Origin: an uncultured Solobacterium sp.
Lineage (GTDB): Bacteria; Bacillota_I; Bacilli_A; Erysipelotrichales; Erysipelotrichaceae
Assembly: GCA_946415785.1 (NCBI GenBank)
Contig: CAMKTV010000001.1
Span: 38,882 to 102,881, forward strand
Direction: 5' to 3'
DNA: 64,000 nt
Both the position numbers and the translations under genes were made by a program. Positions 19,568 through 30,484 of this stretch are shown one piece after another. The notes under the pieces were generated by a model. That model did not search any database. It saw only the letters and a program-made list of their open reading frames with translations, and was not told the DNA's origin. Position 1 is the first letter of the stretch. Each line of letters begins with the position of its first letter.

Positions 19568-20325
19568 TGAAAATAATAAACTGGAACGTTAATGGTTTAA
19601 GAGCTATTTTATCTAAAGGAAATCTAATTGATTTTTTAAAGGAAGAAGATCCTGATATTTTAGCTATTGAAGAAACTAAGATGCAAGAAGATCAGCTTAC
19701 ATATAATTTTGAAGGTTATTATCGATATATGAATTGTGCAGAGAGAAAAGGCTATTCAGGTACGATGGTACTTACAAAGATTAAACCAATTAGTGTTTCT
19801 TTTGATATAAAAGGTAAAGACCATCCAAAAGAAGGAAGAGTGATTACTTTAGAATTTGAGAAGTTCTATTTTGTCTGTGCATATGTTCCTAATTCTAAAG
19901 ATGGTTTAAAGCGTCTTGATTATCGTATGATTTGGGAAGATGATTTAAGAAAGCATTTAATTAAATTAGATAAATTAAAACCAGTTATTTATTGTGGTGA
20001 TTTAAATGTCGCTCATAATGAGATAGATTTAAAAAATCCTGATGAGAATCATTTCTCGGCAGGTTTTTCAGATGAAGAAAGAGAAAAATTCTCAAAATTA
20101 TTAGCTGCAGGTTTTGTGGACACATATCGTGAAATTTATCCTGATAGAATTCAATATTCATGGTGGTCATATCGTACTCTCGCAAGGCAACGTGGTGTAG
20201 GTTGGCGTATTGATTATTTTGTGGTATCTAAAAGATTTATGTCAGAAATTAAAGACAGTATTATTTACGATAAGATTGAAGGTTCAGATCATTGCCCAGT
20301 AGGGATAATAATAAAGGAGAGCTGA
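19567..20325 (+). CDS. xth: Exodeoxyribonuclease III
   Basis: The motifs NWNVNGLRA, ETK, GDLNVAH, WRIDY and SDHCP. Confidence 0.92.
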   Translation: MKIINWNVNGLRAILSKGNLIDFLKEEDPDILAIEETKMQEDQLTYNFEGYYRYMNCAERKGYSGTMVLTKIKPISVSFDIKGKDHPKEGRVITLEFEKFYFVCAYVPNSKDGLKRLDYRMIWEDDLRKHLIKLDKLKPVIYCGDLNVAHNEIDLKNPDENHFSAGFSDEEREKFSKLLAAGFVDTYREIYPDRIQYSWWSYRTLARQRGVGWRIDYFVVSKRFMSEIKDSIIYDKIEGSDHCPVGIIIKES

Positions 20326-20327
20326 TT

Positions 20328-21668
20328 ATGAAAAAATTTGTGGAAGAAAATTATGAATCAATGGTAAAAGACTTAGGAGTACTTGTGAGTCATAATTCTG
20401 TTTATGCAGAAGATGAAAAACCATTTGGTAAAGAAAATCGTGCAGTCTTATTAGATGCCATGAAATTAATGGAAGATAAGGGCTTTAAGACAGAAAATGT
20501 TGATTATTATGCCTGCTATGGCGAAATAGGACAAGGCGATAAGACAATTGGTATTGTTGCCCATTTGGATATTGTTCCTGCAGGTGAAGGTTGGGAATCT
20601 GATCCTTTTAAAGTAACTTTAAAGGGTGACCGTCTATATGGAAGGGGCGTATCTGATGATAAGGGGGCAGCCATTGCCAGTATGTATGCCATGAAATATT
20701 TAAAAGATATTAATTATCCTTTAAAAAAGAAAGTAAGATTAATACTTGGCTGTAATGAAGAAACAGGATCACAATGTGTTAGATATTATGTTGAAAAATG
20801 TGGCAGTCCTGATATGGGCTTTACACCTGATGGAAGCTTCCCTGGCATCTATGCGGAAAAAGGAATGATTGCAGGACTTCTTCAAGGAAGAAAAACAAAG
20901 ATTATTAGTATTGAAGGTGGTGAAGCTAGAAATATTGTTTGTAAGAAGGTAGTCTGCGTTGTACCAAATGATTCATTTAATTTAGAAAAATTTAAAGCAT
21001 ATCTAGATGAAAATAATATTTCATATGAAATCAAGAAAGAACTTAACACAACATTAACAGTTAATGGTGTGGCAGCTCATGGTGCTAGTCCAGATCTTGG
21101 AGTCAATGCGATTAATTATTTATTTGAAGGATTATATAATGCAGATTTTAATGATGCTTATGTTGATTTCTTCCATAAATACATTGGTCTATGTCTTCAT
21201 GGTGAAAAGATGGGCTTTGAGAGTATCAAAGATGAAGCGACTAATACTTCAACTAATATTGGCATCATCTATAAAGAAGGTGATGTAATAAATGCCACAG
21301 TTGATATGCGTTTCCCAATCAAGGCAAGCGTTTCAAAATGTAAGGAATTAATTGATGAAGTCAAAGATGAAAATAACGAATTTGTGATAAAAGGTGGAAT
21401 TGAACCAATCTATTTTGCCCAAGATGCACCAATGATTAAAGCGATGATTAAAGCTTATCAGGATGTTACTGGTGACTTTGAATCTAAAATGAAGGCAATA
21501 GGTGGAGGCACATATGCGAAAAGTGTCGGCAACATTATTGCCTTTGGTTGTGGATTTGAAAAAGATAAGGACAATATTCATAATGCGAATGAATCAATGT
21601 CAATTGAAAATTTCAAGAAACAAGTACTAATATATATCGAAGCAATTAAAAACTTGAATGAGGTATAA
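20328..21668 (+). CDS. pepV: M20-family dipeptidase (PepV / Sapep type)
   Basis: The motifs HLDIVPAG.GW, GRG..DDKG and NEETG. I chose the start at MKKFVEEN behind AAGGAGA. The ORF-track start at 20292 would overlap xth. Confidence 0.85.
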   Translation: MKKFVEENYESMVKDLGVLVSHNSVYAEDEKPFGKENRAVLLDAMKLMEDKGFKTENVDYYACYGEIGQGDKTIGIVAHLDIVPAGEGWESDPFKVTLKGDRLYGRGVSDDKGAAIASMYAMKYLKDINYPLKKKVRLILGCNEETGSQCVRYYVEKCGSPDMGFTPDGSFPGIYAEKGMIAGLLQGRKTKIISIEGGEARNIVCKKVVCVVPNDSFNLEKFKAYLDENNISYEIKKELNTTLTVNGVAAHGASPDLGVNAINYLFEGLYNADFNDAYVDFFHKYIGLCLHGEKMGFESIKDEATNTSTNIGIIYKEGDVINATVDMRFPIKASVSKCKELIDEVKDENNEFVIKGGIEPIYFAQDAPMIKAMIKAYQDVTGDFESKMKAIGGGTYAKSVGNIIAFGCGFEKDKDNIHNANESMSIENFKKQVLIYIEAIKNLNEV

Positions 21669-21669
21669 A

Positions 21670-22476
21670 ATGAAAAATTCTAAAATGGCCCTTATATATG
21701 ATTTTGATCATACTTTATCTCCATTAGATATGCAGGCTTTTCATTACATTGGTAAATTAGGCTACAGCAATGCGGATGAATTCTGGGCAAAATGTAAAGA
21801 AAATACCGATAAGAATAACATGGATGGTATTCTTTCATATATGGAATTAATGATTAAAGAAAATCCTAATGTAACCAAGAAAGAATTATTAGAAGAAGGC
21901 AAATATATTAAGTTCTATAAAGGCGTTGAGAATTGGTTCAAAAGAATCAATGAATATGGAAAGAAACATCATGTGGATGTTGAACACTATATTATCTCTA
22001 GTGGTATTAAAGAGATGATTAAAGGCACAAAGATTGCGGGTGAATTTAAAAAGATCTTTGCGTGTTCATATGTTTATGATTCTAAAGGAAGATGCTTGTG
22101 GCCTAGTAGAGTTGTAAATTATACTACTAAGACTCAATATTTATTTAGAATAAATAAAGGTGTTTTAGATGAAACAAATGATTTTGATTTAAATCGTAAA
22201 ACACCCGCAAGCGAAAAACATATTCCTTTTGAGAATATTGTTTATTTTGGGGATGGATTAACTGATGTTCCAAGTATGAAAGTTGTTTTGGAGCAGGGTG
22301 GTAATACGGTTGCAGTATATGAAGATGAGAAAACTTTGGCTCTTGAACTTAAAAAAGATGAAAGAGCGTCTTTTGTAGCCTTGGCAGATTATCGAAATAA
22401 TTCCAAGATTGACCATATTATAAAAGGCATAATCGACTCTATTGAAGCTAAGGCAAGGTTAAATGAATTAAGATGA
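21670..22476 (+). CDS. HAD-superfamily hydrolase
   Basis: DxDxT motif (YDFDHTL) and distal GDG.TD. The substrate is unknown. An alternative start is at 21658. Confidence 0.7.
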   Translation: MKNSKMALIYDFDHTLSPLDMQAFHYIGKLGYSNADEFWAKCKENTDKNNMDGILSYMELMIKENPNVTKKELLEEGKYIKFYKGVENWFKRINEYGKKHHVDVEHYIISSGIKEMIKGTKIAGEFKKIFACSYVYDSKGRCLWPSRVVNYTTKTQYLFRINKGVLDETNDFDLNRKTPASEKHIPFENIVYFGDGLTDVPSMKVVLEQGGNTVAVYEDEKTLALELKKDERASFVALADYRNNSKIDHIIKGIIDSIEAKARLNELR

Positions 22477-24419
22477 TATTTTATTTAGATGATTATAATT
22501 TAATAAGTGTTAAAAAGAATAATGAATTAGCTAATGTTTCGTTAGATATTTTTAAAGATAATAAAAGAATTGATTATGAATTAGAAAATGATGAAAAATA
22601 TCTTTTGATTCATCTTAAAGAAGATTATGATGAAACAGATTTTAAGATTCTAATAAATGATACTATTCAAGATCTAGTTCCACGTTTTATAACTCACACA
22701 AAAAGATTTGATGAAGATTATAAGGTGGACTTAAATCTTTTAGGTTCTTTTATTGAAGATAATAAGACAATATTCAGGTTGTGGGCACCACTATCAAAAG
22801 ATGCTTTTGTGGTCGCTGACAATCAAGAATATAAAATGGATTACAAAGGAAGAGGCTTATTTGAACTTATAATCAATGATAATTTAGATACAAGAATTTA
22901 TCATTATAAAGTTGTAAGAGAAAAAGCTTATGAATTTAGTGATCCTTTTTCTTATTTAAATAAAAATGAAAATGAATCATATGTTTTAGATATTAGAAGG
23001 TTTAATAAAGATAAGATTAAACCTGAACCATTTAAGAATGTTTCAATATATGAAATATCAGTACGTGATTTTTCAAGTGATAAAAGAATTGATTTTACTT
23101 ATCCAAAGAAATTTTTAGGTTTAATTGAAGAAGGCTTAAAACTGGATGAAAAAGAAGTTGGCTTTGATTATCTAAAACAATTAGGCGTAAGTCATGTGCA
23201 GATGTTGCCTGTATTCTCATTTGATCTAGATAAGAGTGATTATAACTGGGGTTATAATCCAACATCTTTTAATTCTTTGGAACACAATTATTTTGTAAGT
23301 GATGATCCATACGAAGAATTAAATGAATTTAAAAAGGTTGTCGATACATATCATAAGAATAATATCTATGTAAGTTTAGATGTTGTCTATAATCATGTCT
23401 ATCGTGTGAATGATTTTAATTTAGAAAAGATGTTGCCATATTATTTCTTTAGATATAAAAAAGATGTCATTGGCAATGCATCTTTCTGTGGCAATGAGAC
23501 AAGAAGTGAAGGATATTTCTTAAGTGAATATTTGAAATTATTATGCGAACGCTTTGTGGATGTCTACGACATAGATGCCTTACGTTTTGATATTATGGGA
23601 ATCTTAGATGTTGATACAATTAATGGCATTAAAGATATCTGTGTAAATAAAAAGCCTTATTTCTTAGTCTATGGTGAAGGATGGAATATGGGGGATATTT
23701 TATCTGATGATAAAAAAGCGACCATGGATAATGCAGCTATTTTAAAAGATGTAGGTTTCTTTAATGATAGATTCCGCAATACTTTAAGAGGCAAAGAAAT
23801 TGATGATGATAACGCATATCTTTTAGGAAAGATTGAACTCAAAGAAAAAGTTAAAGAATTATTGAAAGGTTCTTTAGATATGGGCTTTGAAACCAATCAA
23901 AGCGTCAATTATGTTGAATGTCATGATAACTATACTTTATTTGATAAATTAAGCAGATATGAAAAAGAAATCGATATTATAAAAGTTACAAAATTAGCTT
24001 TAGCTTTAACGGTTTTAAGTAGAGGCCTTGCCTTTATTCATAGCGGTATAGAATTTTTAAGAACAAAAAAAGGAATTGATAATTCATATAATAAACCAGA
24101 TGAAATAAATCTACTTGATTGGGATAGAAAAAATAAATATATTAATGTTTCTAAATATTTAAAAGATTTATTGAAACTAAAAGATATCTTATCTTCATAT
24201 TTTGATGAAAATAAAGAAATTACTTTTGAAGAATATTATGAAATATTAATTGTTAGAATTGATGATTTAATGATCTTTATCAACCCATGTGTCTTTGATC
24301 ATATTTATTGTGCTGATAATATTATTCATATCATTTTTGATGAAAATGGTTTTAAAGATGAAGATGATGATAAATTCAAGATAAGTTCTTTTAGCATTCT
24401 TGTAGGGTATAAGAGATAG
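22473..24419 (+). CDS. pulA: Type I pullulanase / glycogen debranching enzyme (GH13)
   Basis: N-terminal CBM48-like region (FRLWAP) and GH13 regions (DVVYNH, LRFDIMG, YGEGW, YVECHDN). Confidence 0.85.
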   Translation: MIFYLDDYNLISVKKNNELANVSLDIFKDNKRIDYELENDEKYLLIHLKEDYDETDFKILINDTIQDLVPRFITHTKRFDEDYKVDLNLLGSFIEDNKTIFRLWAPLSKDAFVVADNQEYKMDYKGRGLFELIINDNLDTRIYHYKVVREKAYEFSDPFSYLNKNENESYVLDIRRFNKDKIKPEPFKNVSIYEISVRDFSSDKRIDFTYPKKFLGLIEEGLKLDEKEVGFDYLKQLGVSHVQMLPVFSFDLDKSDYNWGYNPTSFNSLEHNYFVSDDPYEELNEFKKVVDTYHKNNIYVSLDVVYNHVYRVNDFNLEKMLPYYFFRYKKDVIGNASFCGNETRSEGYFLSEYLKLLCERFVDVYDIDALRFDIMGILDVDTINGIKDICVNKKPYFLVYGEGWNMGDILSDDKKATMDNAAILKDVGFFNDRFRNTLRGKEIDDDNAYLLGKIELKEKVKELLKGSLDMGFETNQSVNYVECHDNYTLFDKLSRYEKEIDIIKVTKLALALTVLSRGLAFIHSGIEFLRTKKGIDNSYNKPDEINLLDWDRKNKYINVSKYLKDLLKLKDILSSYFDENKEITFEEYYEILIVRIDDLMIFINPCVFDHIYCADNIIHIIFDENGFKDEDDDKFKISSFSILVGYKR

Positions 24420-24456
24420 TTTATTGTTATAATAAACATATAAGGAGCATTTCTTT

Positions 24457-25599
24457 ATGAACAAAAATAATATGGTTGCAATGATACTAGCAGGAGGCCG
24501 AGGCTCTAGACTTTTTGATTTGACTAAAAAAGAAGCTAAGCCAGCAGTGCACTTCGGTGGCAAGTATCGAATTATCGATTTCACATTATCAAATTGTGCG
24601 AACTCAAATATCAGCACAGTTGGCGTCTTATTACAATATGAATCAGTTTTACTTAGTTCATATGTCGCTAACTCAAGTGCTTGGGGATTAGACATGAAGG
24701 GTGGTGGTGTTTATGCCTTATCACCTAGAGAAAAGGATGAATCAAATCTATCAGTATATAAAGGAACTGCTGATGCGATTACTCAAAACATTGATTTTTT
24801 AGATAATGCCGAAGCGGAATATGTTTTGATTCTTTCTGGTGACCACATCTATAAGATGAATTATGAAAAGATGTTAGAAGCACATATCAAAGCTAATGCA
24901 GAAGCAACAATCGCTGTTATGGAAGTACCTAAGAAAGAAGCTTCACGTTTTGGCATTATGAATTGTGATGAAAATGACCGCATCATTGAATTTGAAGAAA
25001 AACCTAAAGAGCCAAAATCTAATTTAGCTAGTATGGGTGTTTATATCTTCACTTATAAGACTTTAAAACGTTTCTTAAAAGAAGATGAAAAGAATCATGA
25101 ATCAAATCATGACTTTGGTAAAGATATTATCCCAGCTTTCTTGAATAATGGATTAAATCTGTTGGCTTATCGCTTTAAAGGCTATTGGAAAGATGTTGGA
25201 ACAGTTGATTCATTATGGGAAGCTAATATGGATCTGTTAGATAATAATAGCCAATTAGATTTATTTGATCCTGGATGGAAAATCTATACTGATGATATTT
25301 TAGCTGGACCACAACTTATTGGTTCAAAAGCTAAGATAGATAATGCTTATATTACTCAAGGCTGTGTCGTTAATGGTGAAATTAAACATTCTGTTTTATT
25401 CACAAACTGTGTAGTTGATGAAGGCGCTAAAGTTGTTGATTCAGTAATCATGAATGATGCCAAGATTGGCAAGAATGTGCGCTTGAATAGATGTATTGTT
25501 GTAGAAGGTGTTAAAGTACCTGATGGTGCTAACTTCGGCAACAAGAATTCTAAGGATATTTTATTAGTGACTAAAAAATTAGTAAGCGAGGTTGAATAA
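24457..25599 (+). CDS. glgC: Glucose-1-phosphate adenylyltransferase
   Basis: The motifs ILAGGRGSRL..LT...AKPAV.FGGKYRIIDF.LSNC and a left-handed beta-helix C-terminus. Confidence 0.93.
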   Translation: MNKNNMVAMILAGGRGSRLFDLTKKEAKPAVHFGGKYRIIDFTLSNCANSNISTVGVLLQYESVLLSSYVANSSAWGLDMKGGGVYALSPREKDESNLSVYKGTADAITQNIDFLDNAEAEYVLILSGDHIYKMNYEKMLEAHIKANAEATIAVMEVPKKEASRFGIMNCDENDRIIEFEEKPKEPKSNLASMGVYIFTYKTLKRFLKEDEKNHESNHDFGKDIIPAFLNNGLNLLAYRFKGYWKDVGTVDSLWEANMDLLDNNSQLDLFDPGWKIYTDDILAGPQLIGSKAKIDNAYITQGCVVNGEIKHSVLFTNCVVDEGAKVVDSVIMNDAKIGKNVRLNRCIVVEGVKVPDGANFGNKNSKDILLVTKKLVSEVE

Positions 25600-26711
25600 T
25601 GGTTAAAGCATTAGGAATTATTAATATTGAGCCTTATTATGTAAAAGTTGAAGGCGTTGAAGAACATCGTCCTATTTCCGCATCTTCAATTTTAGGAAGA
25701 TATCGTGTTATTGACTTTATTCTTTCAAATATGACCAATTCAGGTATTTATAATATTGATGTTCAAGTTAAGAATCGTCCACGTAGTACAGTTCAACATA
25801 TTCATGGCACCAATTATAATATCAATACCAAAAAAGGAAACATTCGTATTCTTTATGGTGAAAAACCAGTTGTCAATGAAATATATAATACAGATATTAT
25901 GGCCTTATCTTCAAATATGGAATTCTTTGAAGAATCAAGTGCTCCATATGTTGTCATGGCACCAAGTCATTTTATTTATGTTCAAGATTTCAGAAAGATG
26001 TTAGAACATCATATTAAAAGTGGTGATGATATAACTGTTCTATATCAAAATGTTTCTAATGCCAATGAAAGTTTCTTAATGTGTGACACTTTAGAAATTA
26101 ATAAAAATAAGCGTGTCGTTAAGATGGACAAAAACAGAGGCAAACATAAACATGAAAAGATTTCTTTAGAAACTTATATCATGTCTAAGGATGTATTTAA
26201 AAGATTAGTAGATTCTGCTAAAGTTGTTTCATCATTATATTATTTTAGTGATATCTTAGCTGACTCATTAAAAACAATGAAGATTGGCACATATTGTCAT
26301 AACGGATTTGCGGCATGTCTTTCAACTTTAAAGGCTTACTACAAGGCTAGCATGGATATCAAACGTGAAAGAGAGCTTCACAAGATGATTAATGATGATT
26401 GGCCAATTTATACAGCTACTAATGATACTTGTCCAACATTGTATGTCCAAGGTTCAAAAATCAATAATTCAATCGTTGGTAATGGCTGTATCATTGAAGG
26501 TTCAGTATCTAATTGTGTTATCGGCAGAAATGTTGTGATTAAAAAGGGTGCTGTCGTGAAAGATTGCGTCATCATGCCAGATTCATTAATTAATAAGAAT
26601 GTCAAAATGGAAAAATGTGTTGTCGATAGACTCGCAATTATTACCCATATTAAAGAATTAAAAGGCACAAATGAAGAACCTTTATATATAGGTAGAGGAG
26701 ATCGTATTTAA
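25599..26711 (+). CDS. glgD: Glucose-1-phosphate adenylyltransferase regulatory subunit GlgD
   Basis: A GlgC paralogue lacking the GGxGxRL loop (ILGRYRVIDFILSNM), positioned between glgC and glgA as in Bacillota. Confidence 0.85.
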   Translation: MVKALGIINIEPYYVKVEGVEEHRPISASSILGRYRVIDFILSNMTNSGIYNIDVQVKNRPRSTVQHIHGTNYNINTKKGNIRILYGEKPVVNEIYNTDIMALSSNMEFFEESSAPYVVMAPSHFIYVQDFRKMLEHHIKSGDDITVLYQNVSNANESFLMCDTLEINKNKRVVKMDKNRGKHKHEKISLETYIMSKDVFKRLVDSAKVVSSLYYFSDILADSLKTMKIGTYCHNGFAACLSTLKAYYKASMDIKRERELHKMINDDWPIYTATNDTCPTLYVQGSKINNSIVGNGCIIEGSVSNCVIGRNVVIKKGAVVKDCVIMPDSLINKNVKMEKCVVDRLAIITHIKELKGTNEEPLYIGRGDRI

Positions 26712-28150
26712 TGAAAAAAATATTATTTGCTTCTTTTGAATCATTGCCATTTATTAAGACAGGCGGTTTAGCTGATGTTGTATATGCATTACCTAAAGCT
26801 CTTGATAAAAACAAATATGAAGTTAGAGTTGTCTTGCCTTTATTTAAAGCAATCAAAGAAAAATATTATGATTCTTTAAAATATCTAGATCATATCTATG
26901 TTCATTCTGGATATCTTAATGAGGAAGCAAATATTTATTCATGTGTCAATGAAGGCATTGAATACTTAATGATTGAAAACGATAACTTTTTCTATCGTGA
27001 TGCAGTATATGGATATAACGATGATGTTTTAAGATTCTGTTTCTACAATGTCGCAATTCTAGAAATGATGATTAAATTAGATTATTATCCAGATGTAATT
27101 CATTCTCATGATTATCATACAGCTGTTTTACCAGCTTTATGTAAATTACGTTATTGTGCTATTGAATCAATCAGAAATATTAAACATATTTTTACGATTC
27201 ACAATCTTGTCTATCAAGGTATTTATGATAAACAAATCTTATTTGATTATTTAGCTTTTGATTACAAATATTATGAAGATGGAACATTAAGATTTAATGA
27301 TTCATGTAACTTCATGAAGATTGGTATTATTACTGCTGATTTAGTAACGACTGTTTCAAAGACATATGCTAAAGAAATACAGACACCACAATATGGTGAA
27401 AATCTTGATATGATTTTGAAATATCGTCAAAATGATTTGTATGGTATCGTTAATGGCATTGATGAAAATCTATTTAATCCAAAAACAGATAAGATTTATT
27501 GTAATTATAATTTGCGCAATTATTTAAAAGGTAAGGCTGAAAATAAAGCAGCTATCCAAAGAGAATTAGGCCTTATTGAAGATCCTGATGCCTTACTTAT
27601 TGGAATGGTTTCGCGTCTTACTTTTCAAAAAGGTGCTGAACTTTTAGCTAACTGTTACAGCGAATTATTAAGAAAGCGTGTACAGATTATCGTTCTTGGT
27701 ACTGGTGAATCAAAATATGAATATGCCTTTAGAATCATGGAAAACGAAAATAGAGGCAAGGCTGTATTTTATTGTGGCTACAATGAAGCGTTGGCACATT
27801 CTATTTATGCAGGCTGCGATATGCTTCTAATGCCATCATTATTTGAACCATGTGGCATTTCCCAATTAATCGCTATGCGTTATGGAACATTACCACTAGT
27901 TAGAGAAACAGGTGGCTTAAAAGATACTGTTGAACCATATAACTGGTATACAAAACAGGGCCGAGGATTCTCTTTTGGACCATATAATGCCTATGACTTA
28001 ATGAAAGTATTTGATATCGCTTATGATGTCTATACTCAAAAACCAAGTGACTGGCATGCTTTGATGCGTAATGCTATGAGCTATGATGTTTCATTTAAAG
28101 TATCCGCAAAAGAATATGAAAGTTTATATGACAGGTTAGTTAAATGTTAG
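26711..28150 (+). CDS. glgA: Glycogen synthase (GT5)
   Basis: The motifs E..PF.KTGGLADV and PSLFEPCG..Q, and the length. Confidence 0.93.
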   Translation: MKKILFASFESLPFIKTGGLADVVYALPKALDKNKYEVRVVLPLFKAIKEKYYDSLKYLDHIYVHSGYLNEEANIYSCVNEGIEYLMIENDNFFYRDAVYGYNDDVLRFCFYNVAILEMMIKLDYYPDVIHSHDYHTAVLPALCKLRYCAIESIRNIKHIFTIHNLVYQGIYDKQILFDYLAFDYKYYEDGTLRFNDSCNFMKIGIITADLVTTVSKTYAKEIQTPQYGENLDMILKYRQNDLYGIVNGIDENLFNPKTDKIYCNYNLRNYLKGKAENKAAIQRELGLIEDPDALLIGMVSRLTFQKGAELLANCYSELLRKRVQIIVLGTGESKYEYAFRIMENENRGKAVFYCGYNEALAHSIYAGCDMLLMPSLFEPCGISQLIAMRYGTLPLVRETGGLKDTVEPYNWYTKQGRGFSFGPYNAYDLMKVFDIAYDVYTQKPSDWHALMRNAMSYDVSFKVSAKEYESLYDRLVKC

Positions 28151-30039
28151 AAGAATTCAACAAATTTTTTGATGGCTTTGAAATGGAAGCCTATAAATTA
28201 TTTGGCTCACATAAGAAAAACGATGGAGTTGAATTTTGTTTATGGGCTCCTCATGCTCATAAGGTTCAGGTGTTTACATCTTTTGACTGGAATCATTTTT
28301 ATGATCTAGAAAAGATTGATGAAAGAGGTGTTTGGAGAACATTTATTCCAAATCTAAAACCAATCTATAGCTATCGATATCGTATCTATACTGATGAATA
28401 TAATTTCAAAGATAAGTCTGATCCTTATGCTTACTGTTTTGAAAGAAGACCAGCTAATGCATCTTGTATATATGATTTAGATTATTATGAATTTTCAGAT
28501 AATGAATTCTTAAATTCAAGAAATGTTGGTTATGATAGACCAATGAATATCTATGAATTACATCTTAATAGTTTTGCGAAAAACAATGAAGATGAATTCT
28601 CTTCTTATCAGAAAATTAAAGAATCATTAATTCCTTATTGTTTAGATATGGGCTACAACTATGTTGAATTCATGCCTGTCTTTGAACATCCGTTTGATGG
28701 CTCGTGGGGCTATCAATCAACTGGTTTCTTTGGAACTACTTCAAGATATGGAACACCATATGACCTTATGGATTTAGTAAATGAATTACATAAGAATAAT
28801 ATTGGTGTCATTCTTGATGTTGTATATGTACATTTTGCCAGTGATGAATTTTCATTAAGCAATTTTGATGGGCAACCTTGTTATGAATATAAAGAAGCAC
28901 ATCTGGCTAAATCAGAATGGGGCACATATTGTTTTGATTTAAACAGTGGACCAGTTGTTTCATTCTTGATGTCTAGTGCTAATTTCTTTTTAGGCAAAAT
29001 GCATTTTGATGGTTTAAGATTTGATGCTGTAAGTCATTTTATTTATCATCATGGCAATAAAACAATGGGTGAAAACGTTGCAGGACACTCATTCTTAAAA
29101 AGAATCAGCCATCATTTAAAGACTATTCATCCTCAATGTATCTTGATTGCTGAAGATTCAACGGATTATTCAAGTGTTACTAAACCAAGCCAATATGGTG
29201 GTTTAGGCTTTGATTATAAATGGGATTTAGGTTGGATGAATGATACTTTAAAATATTATGCTTTAGATCCAATCTATAAACAATACAATCACAACATCAT
29301 TACTTTCTCAATGGCTTATTTCTATTCAGAAAGATTCTTGCTTCCATTCTCACATGATGAAGTAGTACATTCAAAAAAGACCATCATTGATAAGATGTGG
29401 GGTGATTATGAAACTAAATTCAGATTAGCGAGAAATCTCTATGTCTATATGTTTACTCATCCTGGCAAGAAGCTTAATTTTGAAGGCAATGAATTAGCGA
29501 TGTTTAGAGAATTTGATGAAAGAAGAGAACTTGACTGGCAAATATTAAATTATCCTTTACATGGTTTCTTTAAACGTTTAATAAGAGACTTAGGTTTAAT
29601 CTATTTAAATACTCCTGCTTTTTATGAAAATGATTATAACAGCAATTATTTCAAATGGATTGATGCTGATAATTACCAACAGTCTATCTATATCTATTAT
29701 CGTTATGATGATAATAACTGTTATGTTACTTTATTAAATATGACACCTAATGAATATCGTGAATATAAGGTAGGTGTACCATTTGAAGGAACATATGTTG
29801 AAATAATCAATTCAGAAAAAGATATTTATGGTGGATGTAATATGTGTAATTACAAGCCAATTAAATCAAAAAAAGAAAAATCACATAATTTGCCAGATAG
29901 TATCTCGATTACTATTGCACCATATGCAGCCATTATCTTTAAGGTAGATATATCCAAGAAAAAAGATAATAAATATTTCAATCAAGATATTATAAAAAAT
30001 AAAGAAGAAAATATCTGTAGTTGTCTAAAATCTAAATAA
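28144..30039 (+). CDS. glgB: 1,4-alpha-glucan branching enzyme
   Basis: CBM48 (F.LWAPHA) and GH13 regions (DVVY.HF, LRFDAV, AEDST, SHDEVVH). Confidence 0.92.
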   Translation: MLEEFNKFFDGFEMEAYKLFGSHKKNDGVEFCLWAPHAHKVQVFTSFDWNHFYDLEKIDERGVWRTFIPNLKPIYSYRYRIYTDEYNFKDKSDPYAYCFERRPANASCIYDLDYYEFSDNEFLNSRNVGYDRPMNIYELHLNSFAKNNEDEFSSYQKIKESLIPYCLDMGYNYVEFMPVFEHPFDGSWGYQSTGFFGTTSRYGTPYDLMDLVNELHKNNIGVILDVVYVHFASDEFSLSNFDGQPCYEYKEAHLAKSEWGTYCFDLNSGPVVSFLMSSANFFLGKMHFDGLRFDAVSHFIYHHGNKTMGENVAGHSFLKRISHHLKTIHPQCILIAEDSTDYSSVTKPSQYGGLGFDYKWDLGWMNDTLKYYALDPIYKQYNHNIITFSMAYFYSERFLLPFSHDEVVHSKKTIIDKMWGDYETKFRLARNLYVYMFTHPGKKLNFEGNELAMFREFDERRELDWQILNYPLHGFFKRLIRDLGLIYLNTPAFYENDYNSNYFKWIDADNYQQSIYIYYRYDDNNCYVTLLNMTPNEYREYKVGVPFEGTYVEIINSEKDIYGGCNMCNYKPIKSKKEKSHNLPDSISITIAPYAAIIFKVDISKKKDNKYFNQDIIKNKEENICSCLKSK

Positions 30040-30061
30040 TGAAAATTGTTTAGATTTTTTT
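30027..30061 (+). terminator. Terminator of the glg operon
   Basis: 10-bp stem aaaatctaaa/tttagatttt with a 12-nt loop and a T-run. It overlaps the glgB stop codon. Confidence 0.65.
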
Positions 30062-30081
30062 ATTAGTGCTAAAATTATTCT

Positions 30082-30483
30082 ATGAAAGAATTTGCGATAA
30101 GACTTGAAAATAACGCTGATTTAAAAAAGAGTATTGAAGAAATATGTGTTAAAAATGCATTTGACAGTGTAGTTGTATTAAGCAGTGTTGGCTGTCTAAA
30201 GAAAGTGCATATCCGTTTAGCGAAAGCTATTAATGAACTAGAAGTTGAAGATGATTATGAAATCATCTCCTTAAACGGTACAATCGCTAAAGGACAAGCT
30301 CATTTACATATTTCTTTAGCTGATGAAATCGGCAATTGTTTTGGTGGCCATCTAAAAGAAGGCTGTATAATCAATACGACCTGTGAACTTGTCTTAGGCA
30401 TTTTAGATGAATATCAAAGCGAAAGAATATATGATGATAATACAGGATATAAAGAAATTGTATTTAAGAAGGTAGGTAAATAA
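30082..30483 (+). CDS. PPC (DUF296) domain protein
   Basis: 133 aa. The pattern ...VVVLSSVGCLKKV.IRLA... G.AHLHISL.D..G...GGHL is typical of bacterial PPC/DUF296 proteins. Confidence 0.65.
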   Translation: MKEFAIRLENNADLKKSIEEICVKNAFDSVVVLSSVGCLKKVHIRLAKAINELEVEDDYEIISLNGTIAKGQAHLHISLADEIGNCFGGHLKEGCIINTTCELVLGILDEYQSERIYDDNTGYKEIVFKKVGK

Positions 30484-30484
30484 A

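Noticed and set aside
20292-20327. N-terminal extension of pepV overlapping xth (ORF-track start)
   Set aside because: The extension (MPSRDNNKGELI) has no SD and overlaps the xth C-terminus. ATG 20328 is preceded by AAGGAGA at a proper distance.
24267-24695. 142-aa minus-strand ORF spanning the pulA/glgC junction
   Set aside because: It is antisense to two well-supported genes and crosses their intergenic RBS region. It has no motif and is a typical AT-rich shadow ORF. The same reasoning applies to 694-933, 3625-3819, 7998-8228, 17182-17469, 26408-26856, 38969-39223, 40098-40388, 40855-41079, 45006-47627 (several), 51033-51378, 53007-53270, 55028-55897 (several) and 61401-61586.
22473-30039. 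Unusual glycogen operon order (pullulanase-glgC-glgD-glgA-glgB, with no glgP)
   Set aside because: All genes are well-known families with intact motifs. Gene order varies among Bacillota, and glgP may be elsewhere. It is not a novel system.
30040-30081. A possible Zur/Fur operator upstream of the COG0523 cluster
   Set aside because: The only palindrome here is the glgB terminator stem. I saw nothing resembling the AAATCGTAAT-N-ATTACGATTT type Zur box.
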